Origin: Balanoglossus misakiensis
Taxonomy: Eukaryota > Animalia > Hemichordata
Length of the DNA: 64,000 bases
Assembly: GCA_040954595.2 (NCBI GenBank)
Contig: CM082578.2
Span: 9,533,519 to 9,597,518 of the forward strand
Direction: 5' to 3'
Shown piece after piece: positions 27,667-43,164 of this stretch; within the stretch, counting starts at the first letter, position 1, and each line of letters begins with the position of its first letter. Made by a program: the position numbers and the translations under genes. The notes under the pieces are model-generated. The model was not told the DNA's origin, did not search any database, and saw nothing but the letters and a program-made list of their open reading frames with translations.

Positions 27667-30600
27667 AACAAGCACTTGTATTATCCAGGCTTCAATATAT
27701 CCAAGTACAGCATGCAGACAGGTATCTGTGCAAATCTTCATTTCAAACAACTCTCAAATTACATGCATCAGTGTTTCCGACACCATTTCGCTTCTTGCCT
27801 GTTGAGCCATTTTCCCTGTAACTATGGTAACACACATGCCCCACAGCCGCAAGTCTCTTTGGGAAGGAAGAGGTCTTTTTAGCATGGCTGTCGTTTTCAC
27901 GGAATCTCGGGCTGAAAGAAATGTTTACGCAAATGATGAATTGTGACCGAATGAGAAATGGTTGCTGGTCGTGCTGCTCTGCCACCAAATTTGCTCTTAA
28001 TGTGTATAAATCTTTTCCCCAGCTGCTCTGTAGCTATCAGGGTAATCGTCATTGTTTGATGTCATACAATATATCATTTGTTCTCTGCTACAACGTGAGA
28101 TAACCTACAAGCTTCTTCTTTACATGTACCTTTCCAGTACAAAAACTCGGTCTTCCTTGACATATTATTAAGGTTGCCAATCCATATACAGGGACATGTG
28201 GCAAAAACAGGATAACCCATTAAAAATGCCATAAAAGAAGGCTGGAAATGATACAATCAGAGAATTTGTTGAATTTTGCAAAAAATCTATAACCACTTAT
28301 TTCACAGGGGGAGGGGAGATCGATTTCACTGATGTCACTTTTCCGTCATAGATGACAATTCCAATTGAAGATGAAAAAAGTTAAACATCTCAACACAGTC
28401 AAAGCATGGTGGATGTTGCAAGGCTAACGTATAGCTATTTTGTGTGATTAACGCCAAGACTTGCGTTCATCAGTTACAACCTATTAAACTGCTTTAAAAT
28501 AACTTCAGGGGGAGGAAGGTGGTTAAAAAAGCTTTGAACCAAATTTGAATTTTTGTCATTCTGAAGTGGCAAAACTACAATTTTACCGAGACTCTAAATC
28601 CAGGGTATTGTGAGAATCTGGGCAAATGAAAGTAAGATTTGCTATTCAGGACATGCATTGGACCACTTCATCAATCAGGGAGTCTTGTAATCACTGCAGT
28701 CTTTCAAGTCCTGCACTGATGTAAATTGCTCTGCGAGTTTCCCTCCATGAATTTGGTTGACCACTTTGAGACACAATCTTTTGAATTCAGAAGGGGAAAC
28801 AGGTCAGGTTTTTTCTTTGTTAAAACAATTGATCTTATACAAATGTATGTCTATCTTTGAACACAAACCAGAATTGGATAATTCCGCACAGACAGACAAC
28901 ATCAGCCTACATGCCCGACAAATCCACTTGCAGTAAGAATGATTTTTCTCCAAAATTCATTTGTCGGTCTGCCTTTCCCAGCATGCTGATCAGCTTTCAT
29001 AATTAGTTATGTTGCTCGTTAGTGCTCTCTACACCCAGAATTCAGCTCATCTTGACAACCATACAACTATAGGCAGGTATCACTGTGGCTGAATTTAAGG
29101 TTAAGCTTATGATTCCTTATTTATAGGTTGGAAAGGGTTCCTTTTTGATGGGTTGGAAGGGTACCACATTGACAGGCTAAAATGGTTCTGTTCTGTTCTG
29201 TTGGGCTACAATGCGGGTTCTTTAATGTTTATTAATTCATTGCACAAATGCACAAACACTATATGCCAGAAAAGGGTGTCACACTCAAAAGTTGACAGGC
29301 ATTGCAAGACTGGGCATTTACTGCAGTAAAACATTTATAGACTGAAAGGTTTATTATGTGGAAACATTTATGGACTGAAAAGGTTATTTAACAGGCAATA
29401 GACACAAGGGTTTATGGACTACAGCTGGCATTTAGAGGCTGACATATAAAAAAAAATTACTGGCTGGGTCCTGCTCGGAGTAAGAGGTCTTGGAATGCCA
29501 TATATGTTGAATATATAATTATGTATATTTCTTGAGTACAGAAAGTAACTGACCAATCAAAAGTGCTGTTGCTAGAAACAGACTTACAGGTATCACCGTT
29601 GTCTCTGACACCTCAATGTTGCTATGCATTCACATCAGATGTTGTCATGAGAATCTTGTATACAAGAGGAATCCTGTATGCAAAAGTTCGTGCAAATTTC
29701 TAAAGTGCATCACAGACGTTAGGACTAACATTTCTCTGGAAATCCATTAGTCGTTGGCATTGTAGCGGGAATTTCCCTTCTCTGGGGCTTTTTTTAAAGC
29801 CACTGAATTCACGCTGTACAAAATGTGACAACAGAGAAAACTGCTGCTTACAAGTTATACACACGCAATGGAAAGCCATGAATGAAAGATTAATGTATAT
29901 ACGTGCCATCAAATAGAAAATGAAGGCTTACAAAACAGCAAATTCCTGTCTGAGTGTGAAAACATGTCTTTTCCTTTGAAACTTTGGAGAGAGGGAAAAC
30001 TAGGGACAAGGACAGACACTCATTTTCATGGTAATTACACATCTACATGTATCAGATTAACTTCCAGTAAACCCCATCTAGCATTTTGCCTGTGACATAC
30101 AAATTGAAAATCAGAATCGTACAGGTGGCCTTATTCATGCCAATTGCAAATATTGTTCTTCAATCAGGTGGTGTTTTTTTCAAATTGATAAAAAGCAGCT
30201 GTGCACATCAGTGTTTAATTTTCCGTGTTATTCGCCAATTTTGCTTTGGATATTCCAATTGAGAAATAAATTAAATCATTGATAAGATCATTGTTTTTAA
30301 GTTAAGCCATCTTTCTCTGTTTGTTAACAGAGCAATTTAATTAGGTGTGGTAATTTTGGAAATGTAACACTTTAATTACACCAATTCATTAAATCTGAAA
30401 ATGTGCTGAGATTCATGTAATTGTCATAGCACTAAGAGTATACCAACCCCATTATACTAGTAACCATACAAGATTGTCAGCAGAATTTCATCAAATTCAA
30501 CACTGCAATGTTGTGTATATGCCAATAATGTAATTGCATCAATAGGGTGACATATAGACAGACACACTGCACTGCAGATTGACAGACACCCTTTGACAGA

Positions 30601-33010
30601 AGCATATGTGAGCTAAACAGGAAACAACAAAAAGTCCATTAAAAGACTTGCAAGTAAATCCCATGTAATAGCCAGTGAATGGTATCTGGTACATCTAAAA
30701 TAATAAAATAAATCAACATAAAATTTCAGTCGCTCTGCCTTGACACACTTTTCAAGGACACCTACTGGATGAGTATTATGGCTCAGGATGATGCAGACAC
30801 TATCTTGATAAGTACCCATTAGAGGGAGCCAAATCTGTAAGTCTGATACAAATTATGTGATCCAGAAAAGTAACAGCAAATGAGGTAATCTGTCTGACAC
30901 TGCACTGTTAAACATCATTTCACCTGAGGTTTTTTTTCTTGTCTGTTCTGACACGTATGGGCCTGATGAGCAAATTTCACACCTAATACACGTGGACCAC
31001 CCAGATAAAATTTAAGATGATTTAAGTTTGAATCCATTCCAATTACTAAGATGCACCCCTTCTGACATGATCTGACCGCAGTGTGTGACAAATGGCAAAC
31101 CTTATATCTCCTTTCAGCCTGGTATCCTAAGAAATACAGATTCAAGTACTATACATGTATCTTAAATCTAACAAGCCCATATCTGTTCTCGGTACATATG
31201 CCACATGCCTGGATGCGTAAATTTTGTTATCAAGCCTCAGTATCGCCGGGCAGACAAGTGGACTCTCAGGTTTTGTTGAGTTGAAGAGAGTGATTAGGGT
31301 TAATCAGAGTGAGGAACGTTGGCCAGGAGTTAATCATCTCTTGATTGCCTCAAGGACGTAACTCTTCAGGAATTATGCAGCCTAACCAAGTCGTTCCCTA
31401 TAGCAACTGATTCCAGACAGCAACTTGCATGGTTTAAAATCGAAATCTCTCTTCTAGCTGACATGACTTAAAAATGGTATCTTTCTTATGCATGCATAGC
31501 TCCCATGGTTTTATATAAACATCCTTACGTTATCCGCAAGGCAGCTGACAAAAAAGGGACATACGTGCTTGAATTTATCGATACCACAGTTCAATACTCT
31601 GATGAGTAAGATACATGTAGTCAGACTGACTAACCTAATTTCCCTGACATTATTACAGAATTTCAACCTCCTAATCAGCACTCAGTGCACGTACGATCAG
31701 ATGAACTAATATGCCAATTCTGCAAAAATTATTGTCTCCGTGCTGGTATATCCACAGTTCTTGGAAGCAACAATTGATGACTCCCCAGGGATGTTTCAAC
31801 GGACAGCTGATGTCCTCAAAATCACTGGTAACATTATTTACAGTTTTTTGCATAATTATAATTATGATGAACTTACGCATGTGCGCACGATCCATTGAAA
31901 TCATATTTTCATAGTCGCGTTCACTCAGCCGTAACCGAAACCCATTAAAACCTGTTAACGCAGATATTGGTGATTGATACACTCTTTCCATCTGGTCCAG
32001 TGTCATTTCCAATCCTCAAGCCTGTGCGTTCATAAAACACATTCAATCAACAACGCTGATCTCATAAAGGATACAAACGTCAAGAAACCAACAAGTCATT
32101 ATGATATCCTACATGTACACTTCTGTAACATTATTAAGAACTCTGTGCCACTGTTACTGGATTTTTTAGCATACATGTAATCAAATTTCAATTATTTAAA
32201 TATTAAGTTAATTGATGCTTAATTACATTTATTAAAAGGGCAGGTAAACAGTGCATCTGATCATAGGCCGTTCACTGGCCACGATATGTTTACTCTTGGT
32301 GACATGTAAATTTTGTTCTGGATGTGAGAAAACATACGTTATCATATCTATTCCAAATCCACTGATACTCAGAGGAAAGAGAAACAAACCAACCAATCCC
32401 CTAACAATTACTTTAATTTATAAAACTGTCTCAATAAAAACTTACACATGTAAAGTTTAACAATGCAAGTTGATGTTATAACTTGATGACACCTGTAAGT
32501 TTTTATCTCGTGTGTGTATTCTGCCATGTTTGTATCAAGACAAATACCTTTTATTGATATACCTCTTGTACATGTACGTAGCTTGCCTGATAAAGTTTCA
32601 ACTGACCCGGACAATGCTATTTGTATTTTCTCTCTGTGTGCATTGTGCACACATTACAAAGTGCACATTCTCTGATCTCGGTAACGGATTACGAACTGAA
32701 AGAGCAGAGAAAATACCACAATTGTTACTTGCCGGGTCTGGGATGTGTGACAGATGAGACAATGGCCTGGATCTGTTGCTAGATAAACTCACACGTGACG
32801 GCCTATAGACAGAACCCTTCAGTTGAGTCCACGTATCATCTCTCTGACCCCGTGACCCTCCCCACTGTCTCAGCCCCCTCCACTGTCATAGTTTCCACCC
32901 GTCAGTAGAAAACCTCAGCAACGTTGTCACTTTGTGTGTACACATGTCCCACACAATGCCCCCATTTTCAACAGTTTTGAGCCCATCAATTGGACAACAT
33001 GACACCTCAC

Positions 33011-33072
33011 TTCTATTAATCAAAAATTACCAAGTGATCAGAAGTTCTATTAATCAACCAAGTGATCAGAAG
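33011..33072. repeat. Local tandem duplication (~30 bp x2)
   Basis: ttctattaatcaa...ccaagtgatcagaag occurs twice in tandem. Confidence 0.85.
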
Positions 33073-36000
33073 TCATCCTTGATGACACAGTCCCAGGTAA
33101 TAAGAAGTTTTGAGATCATCGAATCAGTCTTTGCAAAAAAAAAAAGTACCATTATAGAAGAATGGAGTGTACAAAACTTGTGATACCGTTTCAGGTACCC
33201 GGCAAAATTTGAGTTATTGGTGGAGGTATATGCTATACAATGTATTTCGATAAATATACATGCATTCTCTAAATTAGGCTCCAGACAGCCAGCATAGCTG
33301 CTCTGGACAAGGAGAAGTTAAAATTATTCAACAGACTCATATGGGCATGATGGATAACGTGTGACTTCTATTCTACAGACCAGACAGTCAGTCAGACAAG
33401 TAAATGAACAGATTAGAAAAGACAAAAATACCATGCATCTGCTCAGGCTATTTTGTTCTAGAACTTCTAGTATATCTTTTATTGGCTGTGGAAAAGCCCA
33501 GACAGACTATAGGCTAGACACTGTAACATATCCATATATGTAAATATGTTAAATTGGGTGCTAGTTTTCTTCAGGGGCCCTGGATTTATTTCAGGCGATG
33601 CAATTACATTTAACATTTCAATCCAACTGTTTCAATAAACTTTTTTTCTGTTCACACTAGTCAGAAAGAGAAAAAAAATCAAAGTCAGAGCATGCAGCCA
33701 TGGAAATCTTTCTGACGGATTTGCTGAGCTACTTTTGTCCATATTAGGTCTGCTCCTTTATTACGTCCACTATGCTGCCTTAACACAGATGCGTTTCTCT
33801 CGCTCTCTTGCTTCAATTTCCCACGGCAGCTCAATAAGCTCAATTGAGTTACATACAGTGGCCATTCACCGCTGAGCTGTGCGTCCACCAGGGACTGCTC
33901 CTCTAGCATTTGCGAAAATAAGGGGAAAAAGGGTGCATTATAACGCGTCAAATCACTGCGCTGTGTCACTCGATCAGACACTTTTTTGAATGCTCTCGGT
34001 TCAGGAATGGCTTTTCTTCTTTGCTTGAGGGGGTTGACGTACTTTGCGGGATTCGGAACTAGCTGCCACTTTCAGTCTGACTGCCCAAAATGAGCTTCTA
34101 TGAAGATGCCAATCAAAATTGGGACTAATTATATCAGATGTATTCATTCAGATCACCAGATGCATTCATTCAAGATCATTTAAAGACTTCTCTCACCTGA
34201 CTACCAAATACGTTTCATAGAATATACACATGCATATCAGAATCTGGAATCCCTGGTTTTGCTGACAAAGATTTTTGACAGAAATCTGAGTCATTTATTT
34301 ACAACTTTAGACGACAATTTTCTGTAGTCATTTTACATTTATTTTTGATTGATTAAATCTTCGACAGATAGAAAACATTTTTAAATTAGTGGGCAAATTC
34401 ATTGGTTCGACCAGATGATTCACAATTCTGCGAGTTAGATAGAATAACCAATGACTGTGCAAGTCATAATGAATACAGGCTGGTGCCATTGCAGTTTTGT
34501 ATTTCCCAAACAAGGTGGCATGTCTAGATACTCGTGAAGTGTAAAATCTATGTCTACAGAAAGAATCCTTCACTTGACACCATGGCACTCTGGGGAAAAC
34601 CACCCAAACTGAAATCATGGCACAGGACAAGGAGAATTAAAGTTCCCCACTGTCTTTTCCCTAAAGCACTGTGTCCTCAGGACCACAAAAGCCAGAGTCA
34701 ATTTTCTCTCATCCCTAATTTTGTCTGCAGTGATTAAACGAATGTTTTTCTAATCGACATTTTTTCTGTCATTAAAGTGGCGGGCGATCTTGTGTTTTAT
34801 TTGCACAAATCATCTCCAGATGAAGCAGAAAAAACACTTGACTCCCGGGCTTCATTCATAATCAGTGAATGTGCCACTAGTTTCATTTCTTATGATTACT
34901 TGCCCCAGGTAAAACAAAAACCTTGAATTGGACTTTCAAATAACTGTCTGATGAAATACCCATGCATCAATCTCAAGGTCTCTGTCAAAAGCGGTCATTT
35001 AATTGAAATACCACGGTAACACAACCTTTTTCGGAATATCTGGGAGGAAGGGAAAAAAAGCTGTCAGTTTGACTTTTAGCGTTGCATTCACAGTGCTCAT
35101 TAAGAAGCCCTAAACCCCTCCTTCTGATTGGCTGACAGTTACCTTTGAGTGATATGAGGGTCAAGACAACCAATCAGAAAGCATATACATTAATTAGCAT
35201 ACATTCGTTATAGACCTCAAATTGGTTTGACTAAGAAACATCCTCATCAATGTCACAAATCAATAATGTCCGGCTCTGAAACAGGGTCACCTTCTAAATC
35301 ACTGTTTTATTGCATGTTTCTTGATGAATTCTAACCATAAATAGTTACCAGAGAGCCATCACAGTTATGAGGGTCTATTCATTGTACAGACCAATACAAG
35401 CGAAACTGGTATCCCGTATAGTATATGTGTAGTGCAAGATCAGACATATACCGGTAATCATGTAAACACATTATCTGAGTTTGTCAGAATGCACAGTAGT
35501 GAGATGCATTCACAACACATCAAGTGTGGTATTTGACTCAAGATCACCCCTGTGACCAATTAGTGACTTGTTAACACATGACTGAACACCAAAACCACTA
35601 ATTTAGATGTACAACCTTGAACTCCCAGGGTCAAAAACACTTTCTCAACAACATCAGCAAATTTTAAGGTCTTCTTTTTTACAGTCAACATACTTTTCCT
35701 TGTGTTTTTCAATTCATTTAATATTCACATATCTTTACGTTTCAAATGCAAGCGGCATATATTCCACTTAGTTTTAACCAGATCACATCAACAAAGATTA
35801 CAGTAAATGGTGCAATTCATAGATTAGAAAATGATAAGTTGTTCTCTTGGGAATATGTATCCTGTACATGCTGTATATCACAAAATCACAATCATGGACC
35901 AGACCAAATGTGTCATTATGGTAAAGCTATATCGCTGCTTGTCCAAAAATGTGTACTTTGTCTTCAACAAGTTTGTATGAATATACATGTAGTTTGCTTG

Positions 36001-39000
36001 TTTTGTTTTGCTTGTTACCAAGGATACCAATTTTATACATGTAGCACCAGCCCCTTTGTAATAATTAATAGAACATGTCACAGACGGTCTTTTTCGAGAC
36101 GCCACACACGACCGCCAGATGCAATGTACATGTGAACCTCATTCTGATGTTGTTACAATTGAGAAGAAAGTACTTTTACAGCCAAGAGGTTGAAGAAAAC
36201 GACCTTTTAATTTTCTTTCCGACAGTCAAATTTAACACTATCACTACTATAAACAGTTGAAATCACCAATAAAACAGGTCAGGTACATCAGAGCTCTATA
36301 TTAAATGGTGCTCAAAAGACAGAGTTATATGCATGTACATGTACATTTAACACCTGGTCGAGATTTCCTTTCAAACACTTACTTGTATCGAAGCTTGCCA
36401 TAATGATGTGGAAGAAATGGGCCTCACAGGAAATTGTTTAACTAGAATATCGGGCATAAAAACCATTAGTTCATTATATGAAGTCCTTGAGCAGTTAATA
36501 CTGTGACAGCACATTCGTCAGTCGGAGAAGTCTTAGTATCCACCTCACCTGTTCAACCACCCAACAATCAGTGAAGACATTAACTGGTTTTACGTCTGAA
36601 TATAATAATTGTGACCAATTATGTCTTTGTGTCTTATCAGATCATGCAAAAAAATCTAATATCTCTCTCTACATAAAGAACTGAAGATTATCCTCTCTTA
36701 TAATTAGATGAAAAAAACTGATTTGAGCAAACATCTGAATATCTCGTTATTTTTAAACTTGACCTGTGAAAGTGCAGACAGGCCTTGGGACTAGCAAATT
36801 TAGGGCATACATGTATGGCAGGTCTCTACAAAGATAAGGCTTTTAAGATAACAAGTTCACTTTCATTGTCGGATATGACAGGAAGGCCTGGCAGCAAATT
36901 ACATTTACCTTCAAGGTCAATGCCGTACGTGTACATTATATTGTTAACATTCTACATTGTTAGTGGTTTGTCAAGGATTGGCGCTGAAGTGTGTCAGGTG
37001 TCACACGCAAAGGTGTGTAAAGTTTATCCATCAAAGGGGCTAGAGCTGTAAGATATCATGATTAATTCACAAAGTGTTTGCGTTGTGTATTGTGACTGCT
37101 TTTGTCACTTCTGCACCAGTTTGTTGAAACAACCGATTGTTCTGCACAGCCTGTGCCTTGACGGGCAACACTGATACTGTTCCAGCATTAAAGGGACACT
37201 GAGTAGCTGTAACTTTTGAAACTAATATCATTTTCTAATTCTGCGCATTCACTGTGTTTCTTTATTCTACTGATTGATGTATTATAACAAATGTCCGAAA
37301 GTTGCTATATCGGATCGTGTCCAAAAACTACAATGTATGTGTATAACTAGAGGTTGTTGACATCTTGATAATTCACTTCTGGAAAAAAATAGCAATGTCT
37401 ATAAAACATGTCGCAGTCTTGTGGAATGATCATGCACATGAACATGTCTTTCCGTGAATTCAGCGATGCATCAACATGACTATACATGTACCTGCTAATT
37501 ATGCAAGAAACATGAATACATGGTATATATAAATATATACACACACACCCAGCACACGTACGTGTCACCATTATTCGTATTTCTTTTAATTACTGAAGAG
37601 CAAAACCTCAATCAAGAACCACATTAACTGAGAGAGGACCACCGCTTTCACTGTTGGAAATTGTGATTAGAATAGTTACTCTCGCACAATGTGAAATTTG
37701 AATGGGAAAATTGAAATCTCAGGCCGTTGACCTTCCTGAAGTGGAAATTAAACTGTCAATATGACGTTCAGCTTCATACAAGTAATATGACTTGAAGTTT
37801 GTATGTATGCATTTTTTCGTTTTCAACCCAATGTTGTGTCAAAATGCTCTTACACTGTAAATAACTGCATACGTTTTTCAAGTACCAACTATCAAATGTA
37901 AAGTTTTGAATTTGAGTCTCTGACAAGCTGTTATCTGTCTCCTTTCTCAGCATGAAAACCTTCATACATTTTATCGATAGGAGCCGAGGTAGGATTCACA
38001 TTAAATCCTTTGATGCTCCGAAATTAAGCCCAACACAGAAATAAAACAATACGCCAAATAATTTACGCCCAAAGCTTTTGCAAAACGTCTCTGGGCTAGC
38101 CGTCTGAAATGTTTTCAAAATGTCAACATGCTCATGAAAATGTCGTGGTCATGCTTGGCTTGTTCCTTGAGCACACTAACATCAAATTAGTCGGAAAAGT
38201 CCATAATAAAAAAAAATTTGAGAGGCGGCTAATTTTTAGCCGTTTTTTTTGTTGGTCTCGTAAAATTTGAACCAATAACACAGGAAAGCATTCTGTAATT
38301 TTTTTACAGCCAAGCGACAAAGCATTTGTTGGTTGTCCACTTTAGACTAGAAATCTGTTCACCCTCGAGCAAATCAATTCTAGATCTTTGGTCGGTAAAT
38401 TTGATGTTTCTATATTCTCATAACAGATTTTATGACTGTGTTTTTTAGTGATTGATATCACTTCAATCCAATTTGAAGGCGTTGTTTTAACAGGAAAATT
38501 GCATTGTATTTATTAAGTTTATAAATTAAGTGATAAAAACTACAAGAAGATAAAAAATCATAATTAAGATAACATATCAAAATCAAAGCAAATCTGGATA
38601 CTTTCTACATAACTTATACCAGCAGGAGGTAAGTTATTGAGGTATAAATTCAAAATATGCATATATGCAAATGTAAGGTTTACCAGTTATTTATACGAAC
38701 ACCTCTAAAATTGTACTTAGCTTCTGTGTAAATGATGGCAATTAGTCATTCATAGAGAAACTTCTGATTAATTATTAAGGTTCTATATAAGGTTCTATAA
38801 GGTTCTGTTTAACTGAGCATCTGGTATGCAAATGAGTCATTAGTTATTCATACTAAAACTTCCAAAATTTAAGTAAGCTTCTATGCAAATGATGATGTCC
38901 TTATAAGTTATTGCCACTGTTACAGAGATTACACTGCCATGCATTTCAATCAGATACTTCATTTTTCAGTTTTAATTACATGAAATTCAATTAAATCCTC

Positions 39001-42000
39001 TATGGGAGATATAAAAATTGTCCATATGTCTCTAATGTAGACTCATCACATTCACTGAGAATCATAATTAAGGCTGCATGACCCTTGCAACACGACTCAA
39101 GTGGATTCAATATAAACTTATACGCACAAACTGTGTAACTAGTTTTTTAAACATTTTTGTTGCGGGCAACCATTGCCATTATTACTATAGCCTTGAAGTT
39201 GACTTATACAAAATTAAATGAAATCACATCTTCATCACTCAATAGGTTATTATTTTGGTATATTTTTTGCACCATACAAATGTATGTTAAAAACCTGTTA
39301 ATTTGTGCTCAAAAGTGTGTTTCCATTTTTGAAAGAAACACTCTATCTTTTGCAACATAAAGTGCTGTTGTTAGATGGATGAAACTACATACATATAAAC
39401 GGATGGGCTAAAATAGGAAAACACAAACAAAATGATGAAAAAGAAAAAACTAAGGAATCTAAAAAAGATAAAACACAACAGTTCATGCCGTGTGTATAGA
39501 TCTTTCAGGATCAAATCTGGTCTCCTTTAATTCATTTTCCTCGAGTCCAGGGATATTAACCCGGGATGATTAGTCATGGACTACTGTCATTATTTTTTTT
39601 GCATTTTTAAAACGTCAAGCCTGGCACTGAAATTTTTAGATTAGGAGATTTTGCTTCTAAATTGCCCGATACCAACTGCCATTACTGCGAAGATGGGCAC
39701 TAAAAAGTCTGTCCAGAATTACTCCCCTAAAGAGACATTATCCCCATAAGTATACGCAGAGACAGAGAGGATCCAATGGACCATTACTGCTGTCATTATT
39801 TTGATGAGGATCGTTCCATCTTCATAGCCACTTCCAAGAAAACATAAAAAAATATGAAAACGATGTATAGTGAGTCTTTCGTCCCAGAATGTACAATCTG
39901 GCAACGAAACACGGAGGGCACTTGCTTTTGCTTATAACCGTTGGGTTTCAAACATTTTAACTGCAAAGGTTTGTTTTTAATTTGTGTATGATAGCCTATT
40001 CCCACAGAAGATACAAGTTCACACTATACCGTATAATGGTGGACATACATGTATTTGAAAACTATAATAATTTCTTCGATATGTATCTGAAAACTATACA
40101 TGGTTCCATTTTCAAACATGTCATATTCAGAATTAGCATAAAACTAACAAACAATTCTCCACTTACATTATTACATTTTTTTAAATGTTCAAAATTTACT
40201 TTAACCAAGACAAGTACAGCGAGAATACATTGTCTTTGAGAAGTGCCAGCTGACAAAACTGCAAAGTGGTATCACTGACGAGATCTGGGTTCAACATGTC
40301 AGCCAGGCATGGCATATATATATTTAGACGTTTAATTTCATTGAAGACTAGTACATGCCAACGCTGTTTAACTGACGTACTAAACGGTGTTCACTTTCAT
40401 CAGTGCTGTCAGCTGCAATAGAATGAAACTGGGTGACATTAAACATTTAATTCTGAATTAGGCTCTCTGCCCAGTGAAAAAAAAAGTTTGTTTGCTTCTT
40501 CTTGTGATACAGAATCTGAAATGTCCAATCACAGAGGTCTGCCGTCAATCGCAGCCATAATTATCGTTGAGATTGTTGGACAGGTTCTAATGATAAAATT
40601 CTCCCAGATATGAAACATCATGATCGCCAAATATTTGGTTGGAATTAATTGACAGCTGGTCTATATTAATGATGCTGTAACAAAGTTAAAGTTTTGTAAC
40701 CCTGATACTGTGCTGTAGTTTGATCATTCATAACATTCAGCCATATTTCCCCTGACAGCTTTATTTCCACCGGGTACAAGTCTCCTGACAGATGTCAAAA
40801 TCTGTCGTCAAACCTTCTCTTTTCATTCCATTCCATTCCAATACACGGACAGCGATGTGAAGTATTGAAAACTGAATTTTCTGTGGTTCATTACACTCAC
40901 TTCTTAAAGTCCCATTATTTTCAATACGACTTGCACAGAAAGACAGATTGTGAAATATTTGGAAGCAGAAAAGTCAGACTGAGGGATCAAGCTGTAACAG
41001 TTATAACAGCAGGGGGTCCCAAGCCCCATCATGGCTACTTATTAAATTCACCAAGAGCTATGGCCCTTGTTTCTCCGAGTCCAAGTGAGATGAAGGGTTT
41101 ATTTCACAAGGAAAACCTGACCGACCGTTTTGGATGCACTGAATACTTGAACTCATAGGTGTGAAGAAGAAAAATATCAATGTAACTGTCAGGAATGATT
41201 TATTTGAAGGTACTCTATCACCTTTCACATTGAGTGTAATTGGATGGTCAATTTCGCAACGAGCATCTTCTAAAAGACAGAAAACAGCCACTCGGGGGAA
41301 TTTGATTAAGACCATCCCCTCTGACAACCAATAACAGCTAACCGTGGCCATTCTGTCTTCATAAGTAGCCGTGCCAATATCCAGTTCCTAATTGACCACT
41401 CTCTCACACAATTACACAAATGCGTATTGTACAGGGACAACCACAATCGCTTCGTGCAGGGGGCGAAAAGTTAAGGCGGCCGCGATTTTCATCAGCGTTG
41501 CCACTAAAAGGACGATCTGACGAGCCTAAACTAAAAGTCGAAGATTGGCAGCCGCAACCTGGCACGGAGTCTGCCAAACACCCGGCCTGGATTTTGTACG
41601 TGACGGCTGAGGTACAATGACGTTTTTTTTTCTCGTGTCCCATGACACCCCGGCACGCACACACACGCAAACACGCACTTGTCACTGTCAGTGGAGTAAT
41701 CTCCCGAATAAATAGAGAGATTACCTTTCCTAAGTGATTCAGGATGCAATCAGGGAGGGCGGGCAAGGTTCAAGATGAGACTGGCATTTGTCTTTTTTTC
41801 TGATCCAACCATTCCAACTCCATACACACTTGGGTGTTTTACCACATCTGCAGTGCCTTATACTGCTCACATTCTCAAAACTAAGAGAAATCATAGCTGT
41901 AAATTATTCATCATGGGTATCATAGAAATGTTGGAATTTATCAGAAATTATAAACCTGACTGAAAGACAGAACAACTGAGTCATAGAGTTGCAACCGTTT

Positions 42001-42968
42001 TGATTTGAAAAGCAAATGAACTGCACAAATGCATTCTGAAGTTTACACTTCAGTTGCACTTTATGTGTGCAGTGTACTCAGAAACTGAACACATTCATTC
42101 CGGAACACCGACACAAGAACAGAGGCCACTGACTGCATACGCTCACACCCATCGATAAAACATGAAAGCTTCGGCTCTTGATTCAGTCCTGATGTCAATA
42201 TTGTAATGTTTGCATCACAGAATGTTGTTTGAACAAATCTAGTACCTCTGTGCAGGGACCCCTGGGGGGTGGGGGGAGTCGTGCATTTTCTGGGGAATTC
42301 GTAAGTGGTGATTGACAGCCAGTTCTTTTGAAGGATCATACAGTGTTGCTTGCGTTGTGAACACTTCAATATTAGATCATTTTTTGTTCATTATCACAAG
42401 TTGTCAAGGTGCACTGCATGCAAAAATTTACGATGGAGTTCACATTCAAAGCTTTTTCAGACTTTAAAATCATTTCAGGTGAAATCTTCCCTTTCTATCT
42501 TTTTTGAAGAGCTGGAATTAGAAAATTGATGACGTCTGACTGAAATACATCATACTGCTAACTGCAAGTTTGGTTTGGGGGAGAAAAAAAACTGGTAATG
42601 GATGTCAATGTTGGTTGCGTGCAGTTACCACTTCATAAATCAGCATACCTCATGAAACGATCAGTTATCAATAAACACCATTAATCAAAGACCTTTTTCT
42701 GAGTGAAAAGGTCCAGGCAGCTAACAACACCCTGGACAACCGTAACCCTCGGCAACGCTTTTGCATAAAACACTGCGCAATCACGGGAACCCTGTCTTGG
42801 GAAAAGATCCATCAAGTGCGTTTAATATGAAAGCGTTGCCATAGCGACGTTCTAGTTTCATGGAGACTGTTTTTTACCTTTGGATAGTTATATTTATAAC
42901 CTACAGAGAAACAATGGTCTCCTCTTTTTTGCATAAAAGACAATTTGCTGGGAAAAAAATATAAACTC

Positions 42969-43164
42969 TAAGGGAGAACAATTTGATTTCTGGGGGAATG
43001 GGGGATTTTTTCAGCCCAGCATTTTTTTCTATTGCCAGTCCTACCTTTTTCTCAAAACATTGCAGAAGATTTTTTTTCCTCTGCAGCATCTGCAAACAAA
43101 TTTTGTTCCAATATTCCTCCATCCCCCCCCCCCCCTCCCTAGAAATGAAATTGTCCTCCCCTAA
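42969..43164. mobile_element. PIF/Harbinger-like MITE (~190 bp)
   Basis: Imperfect ~25-bp TIRs (gggagaacaatttgatttctggg / cctagaaatgaaattgtcctcccc) flanked by TA/TAA, with internal poly-T and poly-C tracts. Confidence 0.65.

Noticed and set aside
18544-37230. TTAAAGGGACA/TTAAAGG starts (~18544, ~22135, ~37188) resembling Kolobok termini
   Set aside because: I could not find matching opposite ends, so boundaries and identity are unsupported.
38540-39145. AT-rich block with repeated ATGCAAAT, ending in ACTAGT, possibly a Helitron/Crypton-like fragment
   Set aside because: No second copy or diagnostic terminal hairpin confirmed in the window; needs a repeat library.
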